Source of the DNA: Eledone cirrhosa
Taxonomy: Eukaryota
Direction: 5' to 3'
Length of the DNA stretch: 64,000 nt
Assembly: GCA_964016885.1 (NCBI GenBank)
Contig: OZ024762.1
Location: 19,220,001-19,284,000, forward strand
Shown: positions 1 through 12,829 of the stretch, in pieces
How positions within the stretch are numbered: the stretch's first letter is position 1
Layout of the letters: each line of letters starts with the position of its first letter
The notes under the pieces: generated by a model
What the model was told of the DNA's origin: nothing
Database searches by the model: none
The model's input: only the letters and a program-made list of their open reading frames with translations
Made by a program: the position numbers and the translations under genes

Positions 1-60
1 CACACTCGCACACACTCGCACACACTCTCACATACACACATACACACTCTCACACACACA

Positions 61-154
<94 letters not shown>

Positions 155-920
155 CTCACACACTCTCACTCTCTCTCACACACTCACTCACACACTCACA
201 TATATATATAAATATATATATATATAAAACAAATAACAATAACAGCAATACTTAGATATTCTAAAATGGAGGTAAAATTCTGTAATACATCTCCACCGAG
301 ATTTAATACATGACAACAACATCTCGTATATAACACAACACCATTCACTAAACAGGACAAGATGGAGTCGAAAATTGAAGATTTTTAAGGGAATCTCACT
401 TTGCCTCAAATCTCGTGAGAGCGATATCATTGTTGTTTCAATGACTCTCTCTTTTTCCTTCACTCTCATTCGTCCCCTTCTTCTCCTCTATTTATCTTCA
501 TCCTTTTCTAAATAAATCTTCTCCTTCTACTCCTTATTCTTTTTCTTCTCTTTCTTCTCTTTTTTCCTTCTTCTCTTTCTTCCTTCTTCTTCTTCTTTTT
601 TTCTTCTTCTTCTTTTTTTCTTCTTCTTTTTTTCTTCTTTTTTTTCTTTTCTTTTCTTCTTTTCTTCTTTTCTTTTTCTTTTCTTCTTTTCTTCTTTTCT
701 TGTTTTCTTTTTCTTTTCTTCTTTCGTTCTTCGTTTCTTCGTTTCTTCTTCTTTCGTTTCTTATTTAATCTCATCATCATTTTCTCCCCCCTCCCTCCTC
801 CTCTCCTCCTCCTTCTCTCCTCCTCCTTCTCTCCTCCTCCTTCTCTCCTCCTCCTCCTCTCCTCCTCCTTCTCTCCTCCTCCTTCTCTCCTCCTCCTCCT
901 CTCCTCCTCATCTCCTCCCC
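1..920. repeat. (CA)n microsatellite (1-225) and CT-rich low-complexity tract (~480-920)
   Basis: Direct reading; the K/R/E-rich ORF 508..933 is the translation of the CT tract. Confidence 0.95.
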
Positions 921-1213
921 AAAGTGTTGTCACAACACCTTTCTAAGAGATGGAAACTCTGAAAAAAATCTGCGGCTTCAGAAGCATCTGATGATGTTGA
1001 CCAGTTTTCCTTTTCGGGTAGTGTTTTCGATGCTCAGAGAATGGTATTGGTCGAGAGGAAGGCCTTTCCGCACTTAAAAAAACCTTCAAAACAGAGGCAT
1101 TGCTTGTTGAAGATCTGTTACAGGTTCGTGGGGCTGGCCGTAGCCTAAAGGTGCACAATTTTCTGTAATCTGATAAGCGGTTGCAATACTCTTAGCAGAG
1201 TTTGCAGCCGTCT

Positions 1214-1269
<56 letters not shown>

Positions 1270-1271
<2 letters not shown>

Positions 1272-1480
1272 CTTGAAGGCGGCTGACCGAACTTGAAACT
1301 GCTAAATGTCTGGCCGCCTTCTTGTCTCTGCCTTTTTAGCCCCATCCATTATATTCCTTTGTTAAATTTTGGAATACCTGATGATGTCACCGGATTCATA
1401 CTGAACCCGGTCATTGAAATGTTCATAGTATAATAAACCTTTAAGGAATTACACTAGTCCGGCCTCCTGTTATTTTATAA
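1270..1480 (+). ncRNA. Type I hammerhead ribozyme in a short element between (TA)n tracts
   Basis: atac-CTGATGA (1378-1384), stem II with ccgg/ccgg and ttca/tgaa pairing, GAAA (1416-1419), stem III tg-tt-ca, TA cleavage site, then gtat closing stem I. Confidence 0.7.
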
Positions 1481-1500
1481 TAATATATATATATATATAT

Positions 1501-1671
1501 CATATTGTTAATATGATATCCCTGAAATATATATAACGAAATAAATATGGTTTTATAAATATAGTTTCCATTTATTTAATATCATAAATATACTCCAAAT
1601 ACTTGTTGAGTGCTTTTATATCAGTTATAAATATTTACTCGTTGTTAACCCAACAATTTAAATATAACTTT

Positions 1672-1672
<1 letters not shown>
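1501..1672 (+). mobile_element. 3' half of HHR element family F (partial HHR plus tail)
   Basis: ccctGAAAtatataTA, then tactc (1591)...gagtgct (1608-1614) tail; homologous to 12421-12610, 30255-30580 and 38023-38232. Confidence 0.7.
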
Positions 1673-1707
<35 letters not shown>

Positions 1708-1709
<2 letters not shown>

Positions 1710-1866
1710 ATCCATTACCATTATAAGGGGTCGGACGAGCCGCGGATTACAGAGTCGGGCTAGATCGATACAGATCGAACCTTGAGCTGATCAGTGGCGA
1801 AACGCGCGTCACCAACCAATAAACGTAATGAAGGAGTAACCAATCGTCCTTGTTATTCTATTTCAC
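1708..1866 (+). ncRNA. Hammerhead ribozyme with extended stem II (core variant CGGACGA)
   Basis: ggt-CGGACGA (1732-1738)-gccgc...~50 nt...gtggc-GAAA (1799-1802)-cgcgcg-TC-acc; the homolog at 59938-60085 has canonical CTGACGA. Confidence 0.65.
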
Positions 1867-2128
1867 TATATATATATATATCATGTATATTTTTATTTGT
1901 TTGACCCGAATCACTTGATTGTATTTTGGGGCTGTGCCAATGATTGTTTAAACATCGTCTCAGTGTGTTTGGTATTAAACGTTAGTTATAGCTCTGATTC
2001 ATCCGAACCATTGAGCACTTTGCCACACATTTCGGAGATTGTTTTTCGTTATTTCGTGGCTGAAGTTTCGATTCTCGATAATTTTCTTTGTATTTTTATT
2101 TTTATATATATATATATATAAATTTAGC

Positions 2129-2236
2129 AAAATAACAGATTAAAGTTTAAGCAAAGAACGGGTTCTTATATATTTGATATATATTTATCCTTATCGAGCC
2201 CTCTTTGTATTTTAGTCTTAAAATTTATTATTATTA

Positions 2237-2237
<1 letters not shown>
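2129..2237 (-). mobile_element. Internally deleted copy of the ~205-bp TA-inserted element (family of 54537-54743)
   Basis: Both termini (aaaataacagattaaagtttaagcaaagaa and attttagtctt..ttattattac) match 38270-38370 and 54537-54743. Confidence 0.65.
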
Positions 2238-2278
<41 letters not shown>

Positions 2279-2499
2279 AGATTCCCAGACATATATCTGT
2301 GGTGATTATAATTACAGGCCGTGCGTTTTTTTTTTATATATTATATCATATTTATTTTTTCATATTTATTTTTTCATTTTTAGGGTTTTTTTTTTTTTTT
2401 CATTTAGAAATTATTTCTCTTTAATACAGTTTATTAAAACTTTTACTGACAACAAATAATATTTGGATAATTGAACAATTTAATGTCTGAAAATACTTA

Positions 2500-3695
2500 T
2501 TGTCGTTATTGTTGTGGTTGTTGTGTTGTTGTGTTGTTGTTGTTGTGGTTGTTATGTTTGTTGTTGTTGTTGTTGTTGTTGTGGTTGTTGTTGTTGTGGT
2601 TGTGTTTTGTTGTTGTTGCTGTGGTTGTGGTTGTTGTGGTTGTTGTGGTTGTTGTGTTGTGGTTGTTGTGTTGTGGTTGTTGTGTTGTGGTTCTTGTGTT
2701 GTTGTTATTGTTGTATTGTTGTTGTTGGTGTTGTATTGTTGTTGTTGTTCTATTGTTGGTGACGTTATTGTTGATTATATTGGTGTTGGTTTCGTTGTTG
2801 GTGTTCTTTTTGTCGTTGATGATGATGTGTTGTTAGTATGTGGCTTGTTGTGGGTGGTGGTGGTTGTTGTGATTGGGGTGTTGGTGGTGGTTATTGGAGT
2901 GGTTGTTGTGATTGGGGTGGTGATTGGGGTGGTTGTTGTCATTGGGGTGGGTGTGGTGATTGGGGTGGTTGTGATTGTGGTGGTGGTGGTGGTGGTGGTG
3001 ATGTTTTTATAATAGTGTTGTTTCTGCCGCCATTACATTCGTCGTTTGGCGATACTGTTGATGTTAATTAAAATAATTCATGTTGTTGTGGTTTTTGTTG
3101 ATATTGCTGACTATAAATGTCGATCGTTTTGTTAATAGCTGTAGAAAGTTTTAGATATTATGTTCTCATTATATATATATATACATATATACCTATATAC
3201 ATGTATATATGTATATATGTATATATGTATATATATGTATATGTGTATATATGTATATATATGTATATATGTATATATATATGTATATATGTATATATAC
3301 ATGTATATATTTATATATCTACATGTATATATGTATACATATACATGTATATATGTGTATATATATGTATATATATATGTATATATATGTGTATATATAC
3401 ATGTATATATTTATATATATACATGTATATATTTATATATATACATGTATATATTTATATATATACATGTATATATATATATGTATATATATGTGTATAT
3501 ATGTATATATATATATATGTGTATATATATACATGTATATATGTATATATATATATATGTGTATATATATACATGTATATATTTATATATATACATGTAT
3601 ATATTTATATATATACATGTATATATTTATATATATACATGTATATATGTATATATATATGTATATATACATATATATATATGTATATATACATG

Positions 3696-3737
<42 letters not shown>

Positions 3738-4001
3738 CATACATACATATATGTATATATATATATACATACATACATATATATATACATACATATATGT
3801 ATATATATATATATACATACATACATACATATATGTATATATATATACATACATACATATATGTATATATATATATATACATACATATATGTATATATAT
3901 ATATATATACATATACGTATATATATATATATACATACATATATGTATATACATATATATGTATATATATATACATACATATATACATACATATATATAT
4001 G

Positions 4002-4049
<48 letters not shown>

Positions 4050-4078
4050 CATACATATATATATGTATACATACATAC

Positions 4079-4129
<51 letters not shown>

Positions 4130-4451
4130 CATATATATATGTATACATACATACATATATATATATATACAAATATATATGTATACATATATATATGTAT
4201 ATATACATATATGTATATATACATACAAATATGTATGTATACATACAAATATATATGTATACATACAAATATATATGTATACATACAAATATATATGTAT
4301 ACATACATATATATATGTATACATACATATATATATGTATATATACATATATATATGTATATATATATATGTGTGTATATGCATATATATATATGTGTAT
4401 ATATGTATATATACATATATATACATATATATGTATATATACATATATATA

Positions 4452-4507
<56 letters not shown>

Positions 4508-4510
4508 TGT
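2500..4510. repeat. (GTT/GGT)n tract (2500-3005) and long (TA/TATG/TACA)n tract (3165-4510)
   Basis: Direct reading. Confidence 0.95.
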
Positions 4511-4894
4511 ATGTGTAACGAAAGGAATTACATTTTAATTTCCAATCATTATGAGGTCGATGTTAATAGGTAAATAAAACTACATTTTTATTTTTTTTAT
4601 TATTATTACAAGAAGCAATAAAAAGAAAATTTGTACGAAAGCTAAAATGTTTTATTAAAATATACTAAATTAACAATTATTAATAATAGTGATGTTAATA
4701 ATGATTTCATTTATTGGCCACAAGGGCCAACATGCAGGGGCTAATACAAGGACAAGTGGAGGGGCTTTACAATAAGCTCGAGTAAAATTACACAATGGCA
4801 AGACTAATTTAACAATGAAGATATAAAATAAACTATATATAGACATAACAAAATAAATTTCCCAATAGAGGGGTGAATGACCTAGGGGTGACTC

Positions 4895-5930
4895 AGGCAA
4901 TTTGAAGGGGAAGGGAAAGTCAAATAGATCGACCCCAGTGTATTACTGGTGCTTTATTTATCGACCCCGTAAGGATGTAAGGCAAAGTTAACCTCGGCGA
5001 GAATAAGAGGACTAAATGAAGCAATGAAATCAATATATTCCCTTTTCTATTTTTGGCACAAGGCCAGCAATTACCCAGTGTATTACTGGTACTTTATTTT
5101 ATCGACCCCGTAAGGATGTAAGGCAAAGTTAACCTCGGCGGGAATAAGAGGACTAAATGAAGAATGAAATCAATATATTCCCCTTTCTATTTTTGGCACA
5201 AGGCCAGCAAATACCCTGTGTATTACTGGTACTTTATTTTATCGACCCCGTAAGGATGAAAGGCAAAGTTAACCTCGGCGGGAATAAGAGGACTAAATGA
5301 AGCAATGAAATCAATATATTCCTTTTTCTATTTTTGGCACAAAGCCAGCAATTACCCAGTGTATTACTGGTACTTTATTTTATCGACCCCGTAAGGATGA
5401 AAGGCAAAGTTAACCTCGGCGGGAATAAGAGGACTAAATGAAGCAATGAAATCAATATATTCCCTTTTCTATTTTTGGCACAAAGCCAGCAAATTACCCA
5501 GTGTATTACTGGTACTTTATTTTATCTACCCCGTAAGGATGTAAGGCAAAGTTAACCTCGGCGGGAATAAGAGGACTAAATGAAGCAATGAAATCAATAT
5601 ATTCCCTTTTCTATTTTTGGCACAAGGCCAGCAATTATATCAGTGTATTACTGGTACTTTATTTTATCGACCCCGTAAGGATGAAAGGCAAAGTTAACCT
5701 CGGCGGGAATAAGAGGACTAAATGAAGAATGAAATCAATATATTCCCTTTTCTATTTTTGGCACAAGGCCAGCAATTATACCAGTGTATTACTGGTACTT
5801 TATTTTGTCCATCCTGTAAGAATCAAAGGCAAAACTAAGCTCGGTGGGATTTGAACTCAAACTGTAAAGGGCCCTAACTCTATGCCACAAAGCATGTTCC
5901 TCGACGCTCTACCGATACTGCCAACATTCT
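4895..5930 (-). repeat. ~141-bp tandem array derived from the tRNA-SINE core, ending in a SINE head
   Basis: gaataagaggactaaatgaa recurs at 5001, 5142, 5282, 5423, 5565 and 5707; each unit contains actggtactttattttatcgaccccgtaaggatg. Confidence 0.9.
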
Positions 5931-6007
5931 TTTTAACATTGGCACAAGATTAGTAAATTTTTAGGAGAGGAAAAGTTGCTTATATCAACACTAGCATTAG
6001 TGGTGGG

Positions 6008-6130
6008 CCTCCGTCGGTTGTGACGACGAATATTGCTGTTGAGACAATCAACGGAACAGCCTGTTGGTGACATTTATGGTGCTGAGCATTCCACAGACAC
6101 GTGTACCCTTATCGTGGTTCTCGAGTAGAT
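6008..6130 (-). mobile_element. SINE 3' fragment (family of 60240-60558)
   Basis: ctccgtcggttgtgacgacga...caacggaacagcctg...gctgagcattccacagacacg matches 60241-60340. Confidence 0.7.
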
Positions 6131-6132
6131 TC

Positions 6133-6588
6133 AGTACTACTACCACAACTACTACTACTGCTACTACTAAAACTACTACTGTTACTACTATCACCATGAC
6201 TACGACTACTACTACTACTATCACCTCCACTACTCCAACTACTAACACTACTACTACCGCCACTACTATTACTACTACTACAACTACTACCACCACTACA
6301 ACTACTACCACCACTACCACCACTACTACTACGACAACTAACACCACTACTACTACTACGACAACCACCACCACCACTACAACTACTATTACCACCACCA
6401 CCGCCACCACCACTACTATAACTACTACTACGACGACGACAACTAACACCACCACTACTACTACAACCACCACCACCACCACTACTATAACTACTACTAC
6501 GACGACGACAACTAACACTACTACTACTACAACCACCACCACCACTACAACTACTATTACCGCCGCCGCCACCACCATAACCACCACC

Positions 6589-6622
<34 letters not shown>

Positions 6623-6774
6623 TGACGACAACTAACACCACTACTACTACAACCACCACCACCACTACTACTACTACGACGACAACTAACACTACTACTA
6701 CTACAACCACCACCACCACTACAACTACTATTACCGCCGCCGCCACCACCACCGCCACCACCATAACCACCACC

Positions 6775-6808
<34 letters not shown>

Positions 6809-7830
6809 TGACGACAACTAACACCACTACTACTACAACCACCACCACCACCACTACTACTACTACGACGACAACTAACACTACTACTACTACAACCACC
6901 ACCACCACTACAACTACTATTACCGCCACCACCACCACCACCACCGCCACCACCGCCACCACCACCACTACTACTAACTACTACGACAACTAACACCACT
7001 ACCACCACCACTACCACTACCAACACCACCACCACCACTATTTACTACTACTGTAATAACAACAGTAGCAGGCATAACTGTGTAAATCTATATTTTTCCA
7101 TTAACTATGTGGAATGAGTTCCTTTTTAGCGTGAAACAACTCCTGAATTGGATTCCTCTAGATTTCTGCACGTCTAACAATGCTGTGTCCATCAAATTAA
7201 ATATTTACTTTCTTCTATGTTTTTCAATCACTGACGAACGCCGAGTTACAGGCTGAACGATATATATTGAATGTTGTCTTCTAAACTAACACATACACAT
7301 ACACATACTGGCACGCACTGGCATAAACACACACACACACACACATATATACTGGCACAGACACACACACATATACTGGCACAGACACACACAGACACAT
7401 AAACACAGACACATACACATAAACACAGACACATAAACACAGGCACATAAACACAGACAGACACATAAACACAGACACATAAACACAGACAGACACATAA
7501 ACACAGACAGACACATAAACACAGACAGACACATAAACACAGACAGACACATAAACACAGACACATAAACACAGACACATAAACACAGACACATAAACAC
7601 AGACACATAAACACAGACACATAAACACAGACACATAAACACAGACACATAAACACAGACACATAAACACAGACACATACTCACACTCACACACACACTC
7701 GCACACATACACACTCGCACACATACACACACTCGCACACATACATGCACTCGCACACATGCACTCACACATGCACTCACTCGCATACGCACACGCACAC
7801 TCACTCAGACACACTGACACACACAGTGGC
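6133..7830. repeat. (ACT/ACC)n tract (6133-7050) and CA-rich 14-mer (ACACATAAACACAG)n tract (7285-7830)
   Basis: Direct reading. Confidence 0.9.
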
Positions 7831-7966
7831 GCACCCACACTGAGACATGATCGAATATGTCAGAGACAACTTTGTTTGTTTTTTCATATATATACACACA
7901 AACACATATATATACACATACACACACATGTGCGTGTGTATATATTTATATATATATACATATGTG

Positions 7967-8000
<34 letters not shown>

Positions 8001-8139
8001 TGTGCGTATGTATATATTTATATATATATACATATGTGTATATATATAGTACAATACAAGAACAAAAATATATGAAACCCAGAAACATACGGAAAACAAT
8101 GCTTACCTCTTTAGCCGCATCACACACACACATATACAC

Positions 8140-8233
<94 letters not shown>

Positions 8234-8242
8234 TTGCTTGCT

Positions 8243-8427
8243 TGCTTGGTAAGAGAATTGGATTCGCAGCTTTGAGTTCGATTCCTGCACCGAGCGATGC
8301 GTTATGTCCTTCAGCAAGACACTTTATTTCACGTTGGTCCTTCTACCTGGAGTTGCGATCCGTAGATAGTATTAGCAATTGGAAAGACCAACGGAAACAC
8401 TGTTTCCTCGGTCCGATCGACTGTCGA
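8243..8427 (+). mobile_element. tRNA-derived SINE, slightly 5' truncated (family of 37466-37680)
   Basis: B box gagttcgattcc, CORE-like gtccttcagcaagacactt, tail ttctacctggagttgcga...ggaaagaccaacggaaac. Confidence 0.85.
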
Positions 8428-8450
8428 TATATATATCTGTGTGTGTGTAT

Positions 8451-8700
8451 GCTTTTTGTATTTGTTAATCAACCGACACTAGGGTACGCAGGATAGAGCA
8501 CACGACGTCGCATGCGGAGTATTGGTATAACAATGAAGTAGAAGCCAGTAGGTTAGAATTTACCAAATTGTTTTGATTACAAAGTCGCTGTTATGCGTAT
8601 TTCGGTGGTAGCTGTTATGTAGCAGTTACGACCTCATCAGAGAGCTATTGCGTGAACATAAAATTACATGAGCAAAATGAATAAACATTACTCATGCAGT
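8451..8700 (-). ncRNA. Hammerhead ribozyme element with tail
   Basis: Minus strand gctct-CTGATGA (8640-8634)-ggtcgtaactg...cagctaccacc-GAAA-tacgca-TA-acagc, followed by tactc...gtgtgct tail motif (8521-8497). Confidence 0.65.
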
Positions 8701-8764
8701 TTGAATTCAATGATATGCCATGGGCAGTTTATTGGTGTTGATGTCTCAGAGCCCTGCCGATATA

Positions 8765-9664
8765 TACACTCACTCACACGCACTCACACGCACTCACACG
8801 CACTCACACGCACTCACACGCACTCACACGCACTCACACGCACTCACACGCACTCACTCGCACTCACTCGCACTCACTCAAACACTCACTCACTCTCACT
8901 CACTCACTCACTCACTCACTCACTCACTCACTCACTCACTCACTCACTCACTCACTCACTCACACTCACTCACTCACTCACTCACTCACTCACTCACTCA
9001 CTCACTCACTCACTCACTCACTCACTCACTCACTCACTCACTCACTCACTCACTCACTCACTCACTCACTCACTCACTCACTCACACACTCACTCACTGG
9101 CACTCACTCACACACACACACTCACTCACGCTCACTCACTCACTCACTCACTCACTCACTCACTCACTCACAAATACTGCTGTTACTCATACTACTACTA
9201 CTACCCACACATTTGTGTGTATGGTTGTGTGCGTATTTGTGTATATATATATATGTGTGATGTGAGTGTGTGTGTTTGTGTGTGTATTTGTTTGTGTGTC
9301 TGTGTTTGTGTGTGTTTTTGTGTCTGTGTGTGCGTCTGTCTGTATGTCGGTGTGTGTGTCTGTGTGTGACTCTCTATATATCTCTATGTATATATGCGTG
9401 TCTGTATGTATGTGTCTGTATGTATGTGTGCGTCTGTGTGTATCTGTATGTGTGTCTGTGTGACTCTATATCTCTATGTATATATGTGTCTGTATGTATG
9501 TGTCTGTATGTATGTGTCTGTATGTATGTGTATGTCTGTATGTATGTATGTATGCGTGTCTATGTGTGTCTGTGTGTGACTCTATATATATATGTCTGTA
9601 TGTATGTGTATGTATGTATGTGTGTCTGTATGTATGTGTGTCTGTATGTATCTGTCTGTCTGTA

Positions 9665-9706
<42 letters not shown>

Positions 9707-10295
9707 TCTGTATGTATGTATGCATGTATGTGTCTCTGTATGTGTCTGTCTGACTCCCTATATATCTCTCTATATATATGTGTGTCTGTATGTGTAATTT
9801 CAATGGTTTCCTACCATTTCTATATTCGTAGTTTCATTCCGTTTGCTTTAACACGTTTAATTGTGATTCCAGTATTCGGCTTTTGTTTTATTCTGCTATT
9901 CTTGGCAGCGTTTATTCCGCAATTATTTTCAGATGTTTTTGTTTTAGTCAATTTCATTTGAAATGTTGTTGTAATAATATGGCTTAACCTCTTCTTTGGC
10001 TTAACACCACACACAGACACGTACACACACACAGACACAGACACACGTTCACACAGACACACGTTCACACAGACGCGTACACACAGACGCGTACACACAC
10101 AGACACGTACACACACAGACACGTACATACACAAACACATAGATACACACACATATATACACATATATACACACACATATATACATATACACACACACAC
10201 ATATACACACACATATATACACACACACATATATACACACAAATATATATATATACACACGCATACATACACACAAACACATACACTGACGCGCG

Positions 10296-10377
<82 letters not shown>

Positions 10378-10559
10378 GACACACATACACATACATACAC
10401 ATATATATACATACACACACATACAGAAATACACACACATATATATAAATATATACACACGTACTACACAGACACACATACAGTGCACATACACATATAT
10501 GCACGCAAAAACACTGCATATACACACATACAAAGCATCCATTCACTATAATATAAACA

Positions 10560-10605
<46 letters not shown>
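8765..10605. repeat. (CACT)n/(CACTCACACG)n, (TG/TATG)n and (CA/TA)n tracts
   Basis: Direct reading; a ~200-bp unique island at 9795-10005 is unexplained. Confidence 0.9.
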
Positions 10606-10609
<4 letters not shown>

Positions 10610-10611
10610 TA

Positions 10612-10782
10612 TATGATGTTGATTTAACACTTCACTGCTCGCAAGTGTTTTTAAGCTTCATATCATGTCTCCCTATTTTATCTGATGAGAACACAAATAT
10701 CATCCCATGGTGATATTTGTTTTTGAAATCCGCATAATAAAATACTTGGAACTCTTTTAACCATCTTTTGATCTTATATTAT
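10612..10782 (+). ncRNA. HHR element family B, single tail-less arm
   Basis: tattttat-CTGATGA (10682-10688)-long stem II acaaatatcatc/ggtgatatttgt-GAAA (10725-10728)-tccgca-TA-ataaaata; homologous to 57307-57678 and 62988-63395. Confidence 0.8.
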
Positions 10783-10808
10783 ATATATATATGTGTGTGC
10801 GTATGCAT

Positions 10809-11185
<377 letters not shown>

Positions 11186-11212
11186 ACACACACACGCACA
11201 CGCACACACACA

Positions 11213-11250
<38 letters not shown>

Positions 11251-11554
11251 CATTTATACATATATATATATGTGTGTTTGTATGCCACATTCACCTGTCC
11301 GCATACTACAACTATCAACACAACCATCTCCCCTCATACCACCACCACCACCACCGATACAAGTACTCTCACCCCCACACAATCCCACATGACACCGCCA
11401 CCCTCACCACCACCAATACTGACCCTCCTCTCCTCCCCATAAAAACCATGCCACTGACGTTTTCAAGCATGAAATTAAAGTAATCGAGAATTATGCAAAA
11501 TAAGGAAATTACTTCTGTGGCCAAAAGTTGTATTAAAATTGATAAGAGGTGTAT

Positions 11555-11734
11555 ATACGGGGGTGTGCTGACTAGTTCATAGAATGGCTATGAAGGGGTG
11601 ATGCTAGAGCTGTGAAATCTTACATGCAATAATTTCAACTCTTTTTATTAATATCTGCATTGTTTCTTTCTAGGGACTAGAATGTTGAAAAATAAACCTC
11701 ATTTGGTCATTCCATAAGAGTATCTTGGTCAGCC

Positions 11735-11735
<1 letters not shown>
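11555..11735 (+). mobile_element. Possible Tc1/mariner terminal remnant
   Basis: TA-cgggggtgtgctgactagttc resembles mariner termini; no matching second TIR seen. Confidence 0.35.
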
Positions 11736-11763
<28 letters not shown>

Positions 11764-11766
<3 letters not shown>

Positions 11767-11988
11767 AGAAAATAGAATAGCTTTCACCGTATTTTTGACT
11801 AAAGGAATTTTAGCCTGATAATGGGGTTTAGAACCCTCAGATAAATGGAAAAAGATGAGTATTTTTCCATTTATCTGAGGGTTCTAAACCCCATTATCAG
11901 GCTAAAATTCCTTTAGTCAAAAATACGGTGAAAGCTATTCTATTTTCTAATTTCAAACCTGCTCACTGTTTCAAAACATACTTACTTG
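11764..11988. repeat. Perfect 90-bp inverted repeat (foldback) with a ~37-nt one-sided tail, in (TA)n
   Basis: 11764-11853 is the reverse complement of 11862-11951, loop gatgagta. Confidence 0.9.
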
Positions 11989-12010
11989 ATATATATATAT
12001 ATATATATAT

Positions 12011-12133
12011 ACGTAGGTCCCGGGTTGAGTCGGGGATAACCACAGTAAGTAAGGTACTCAATACATGGCAGAGTATACAGGGCTTCCTGAAGATTTCATC
12101 TGAATGAAACAGTACTAGTCCTGTAGAAGCTCC

Positions 12134-12137
<4 letters not shown>
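12011..12137 (+). ncRNA. HHR element family E (minus-strand tail fused to plus-strand HHR)
   Basis: ggcttc-CTGAAGA (12087-12093)-ttc/gaa stem II-GAAA (12106-12109)-cag...ctg-TA-gaagct; homolog at 21446-21631. Confidence 0.75.
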
Positions 12138-12164
<27 letters not shown>

Positions 12165-12167
<3 letters not shown>

Positions 12168-12607
12168 GATACTAAATAAATGGAAATTATATTTATAAAA
12201 CCATTTTTATTCTATTATATATATTTCAAGAGTACCAAAACTTTGGTATGCCCTCATCAGATAAAATACAAAGTTTGTTTCATAAATATTGACATAACCA
12301 GGAAGGAGATCTTAACTGTTCAAGTTTTTAACGGTTTTTAACGGTTCAAGTTTTAACTTGAACAGTTAAGATCTTCTTCCTGGATATGTCAATATTTATA
12401 AAACAAACTTTGTATTTTATCTGATGAGTGCGTACCAAAGTTTTGGTACCCTTGAAATATATATAATAAAATAAATATGGTTTTATAAATATAGTTTCCA
12501 TTTAATTAATATCATTGATATTATACTCCAGAAAACTGTCGAGTGCTTCGAATCAGTTATAAACATTTATATTTGTTGAATTACCAATAAACGAAATATC
12601 CCTTTTG

Positions 12608-12610
<3 letters not shown>
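12165..12610. mobile_element. Head-to-head foldback element family F with one HHR per arm
   Basis: Imperfect inverted arms ~12165-12327 and ~12355-12516; minus HHR core 12260-12254, plus HHR CTGATGA 12421-12427 and GAAA 12454-12457; tail tactc...gagtgct 12524-12547 on the right arm only. Confidence 0.85.
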
Positions 12611-12661
<51 letters not shown>

Positions 12662-12665
<4 letters not shown>

Positions 12666-12825
12666 ATAAGAAATGAAGAATCTGTGGTGCGACGAATTAA
12701 AATTTATTAGACATATTACAATCGTTTCTCTGGCGACCAGCTCGTGGCACGATCGATGCAGTGATCGAACCTGACTCTGAAATCGCAAGATCCTCAGTTA
12801 CGTCTCGATTCTTCGAAGCAGAGTT
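12662..12825 (-). ncRNA. Hammerhead ribozyme with extended stem II (diverged relative of 1708-1866)
   Basis: Minus strand acgtaa-CTGAGGA (12797-12791)-tct...cagagtcagg..gatc..gatcg..gagctg..aga-GAAA (12728-12725)-cgattg-TA-atatgt. Confidence 0.6.
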
Positions 12826-12829
12826 TGGA

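Noticed and set aside
985-1060. CTGATGA at ~988
   Set aside because: No GAAA and stem III in a compatible position.
6064-6993. Poly-Thr mucin-like ORF
   Set aside because: It starts inside a SINE fragment and consists of (ACT/ACC)n; no splice or domain support.
7222-7272. CTGACGA-gcc/ggc-GAAC hammerhead-like motif
   Set aside because: Core mismatch and poor stem III; at best a decayed copy.
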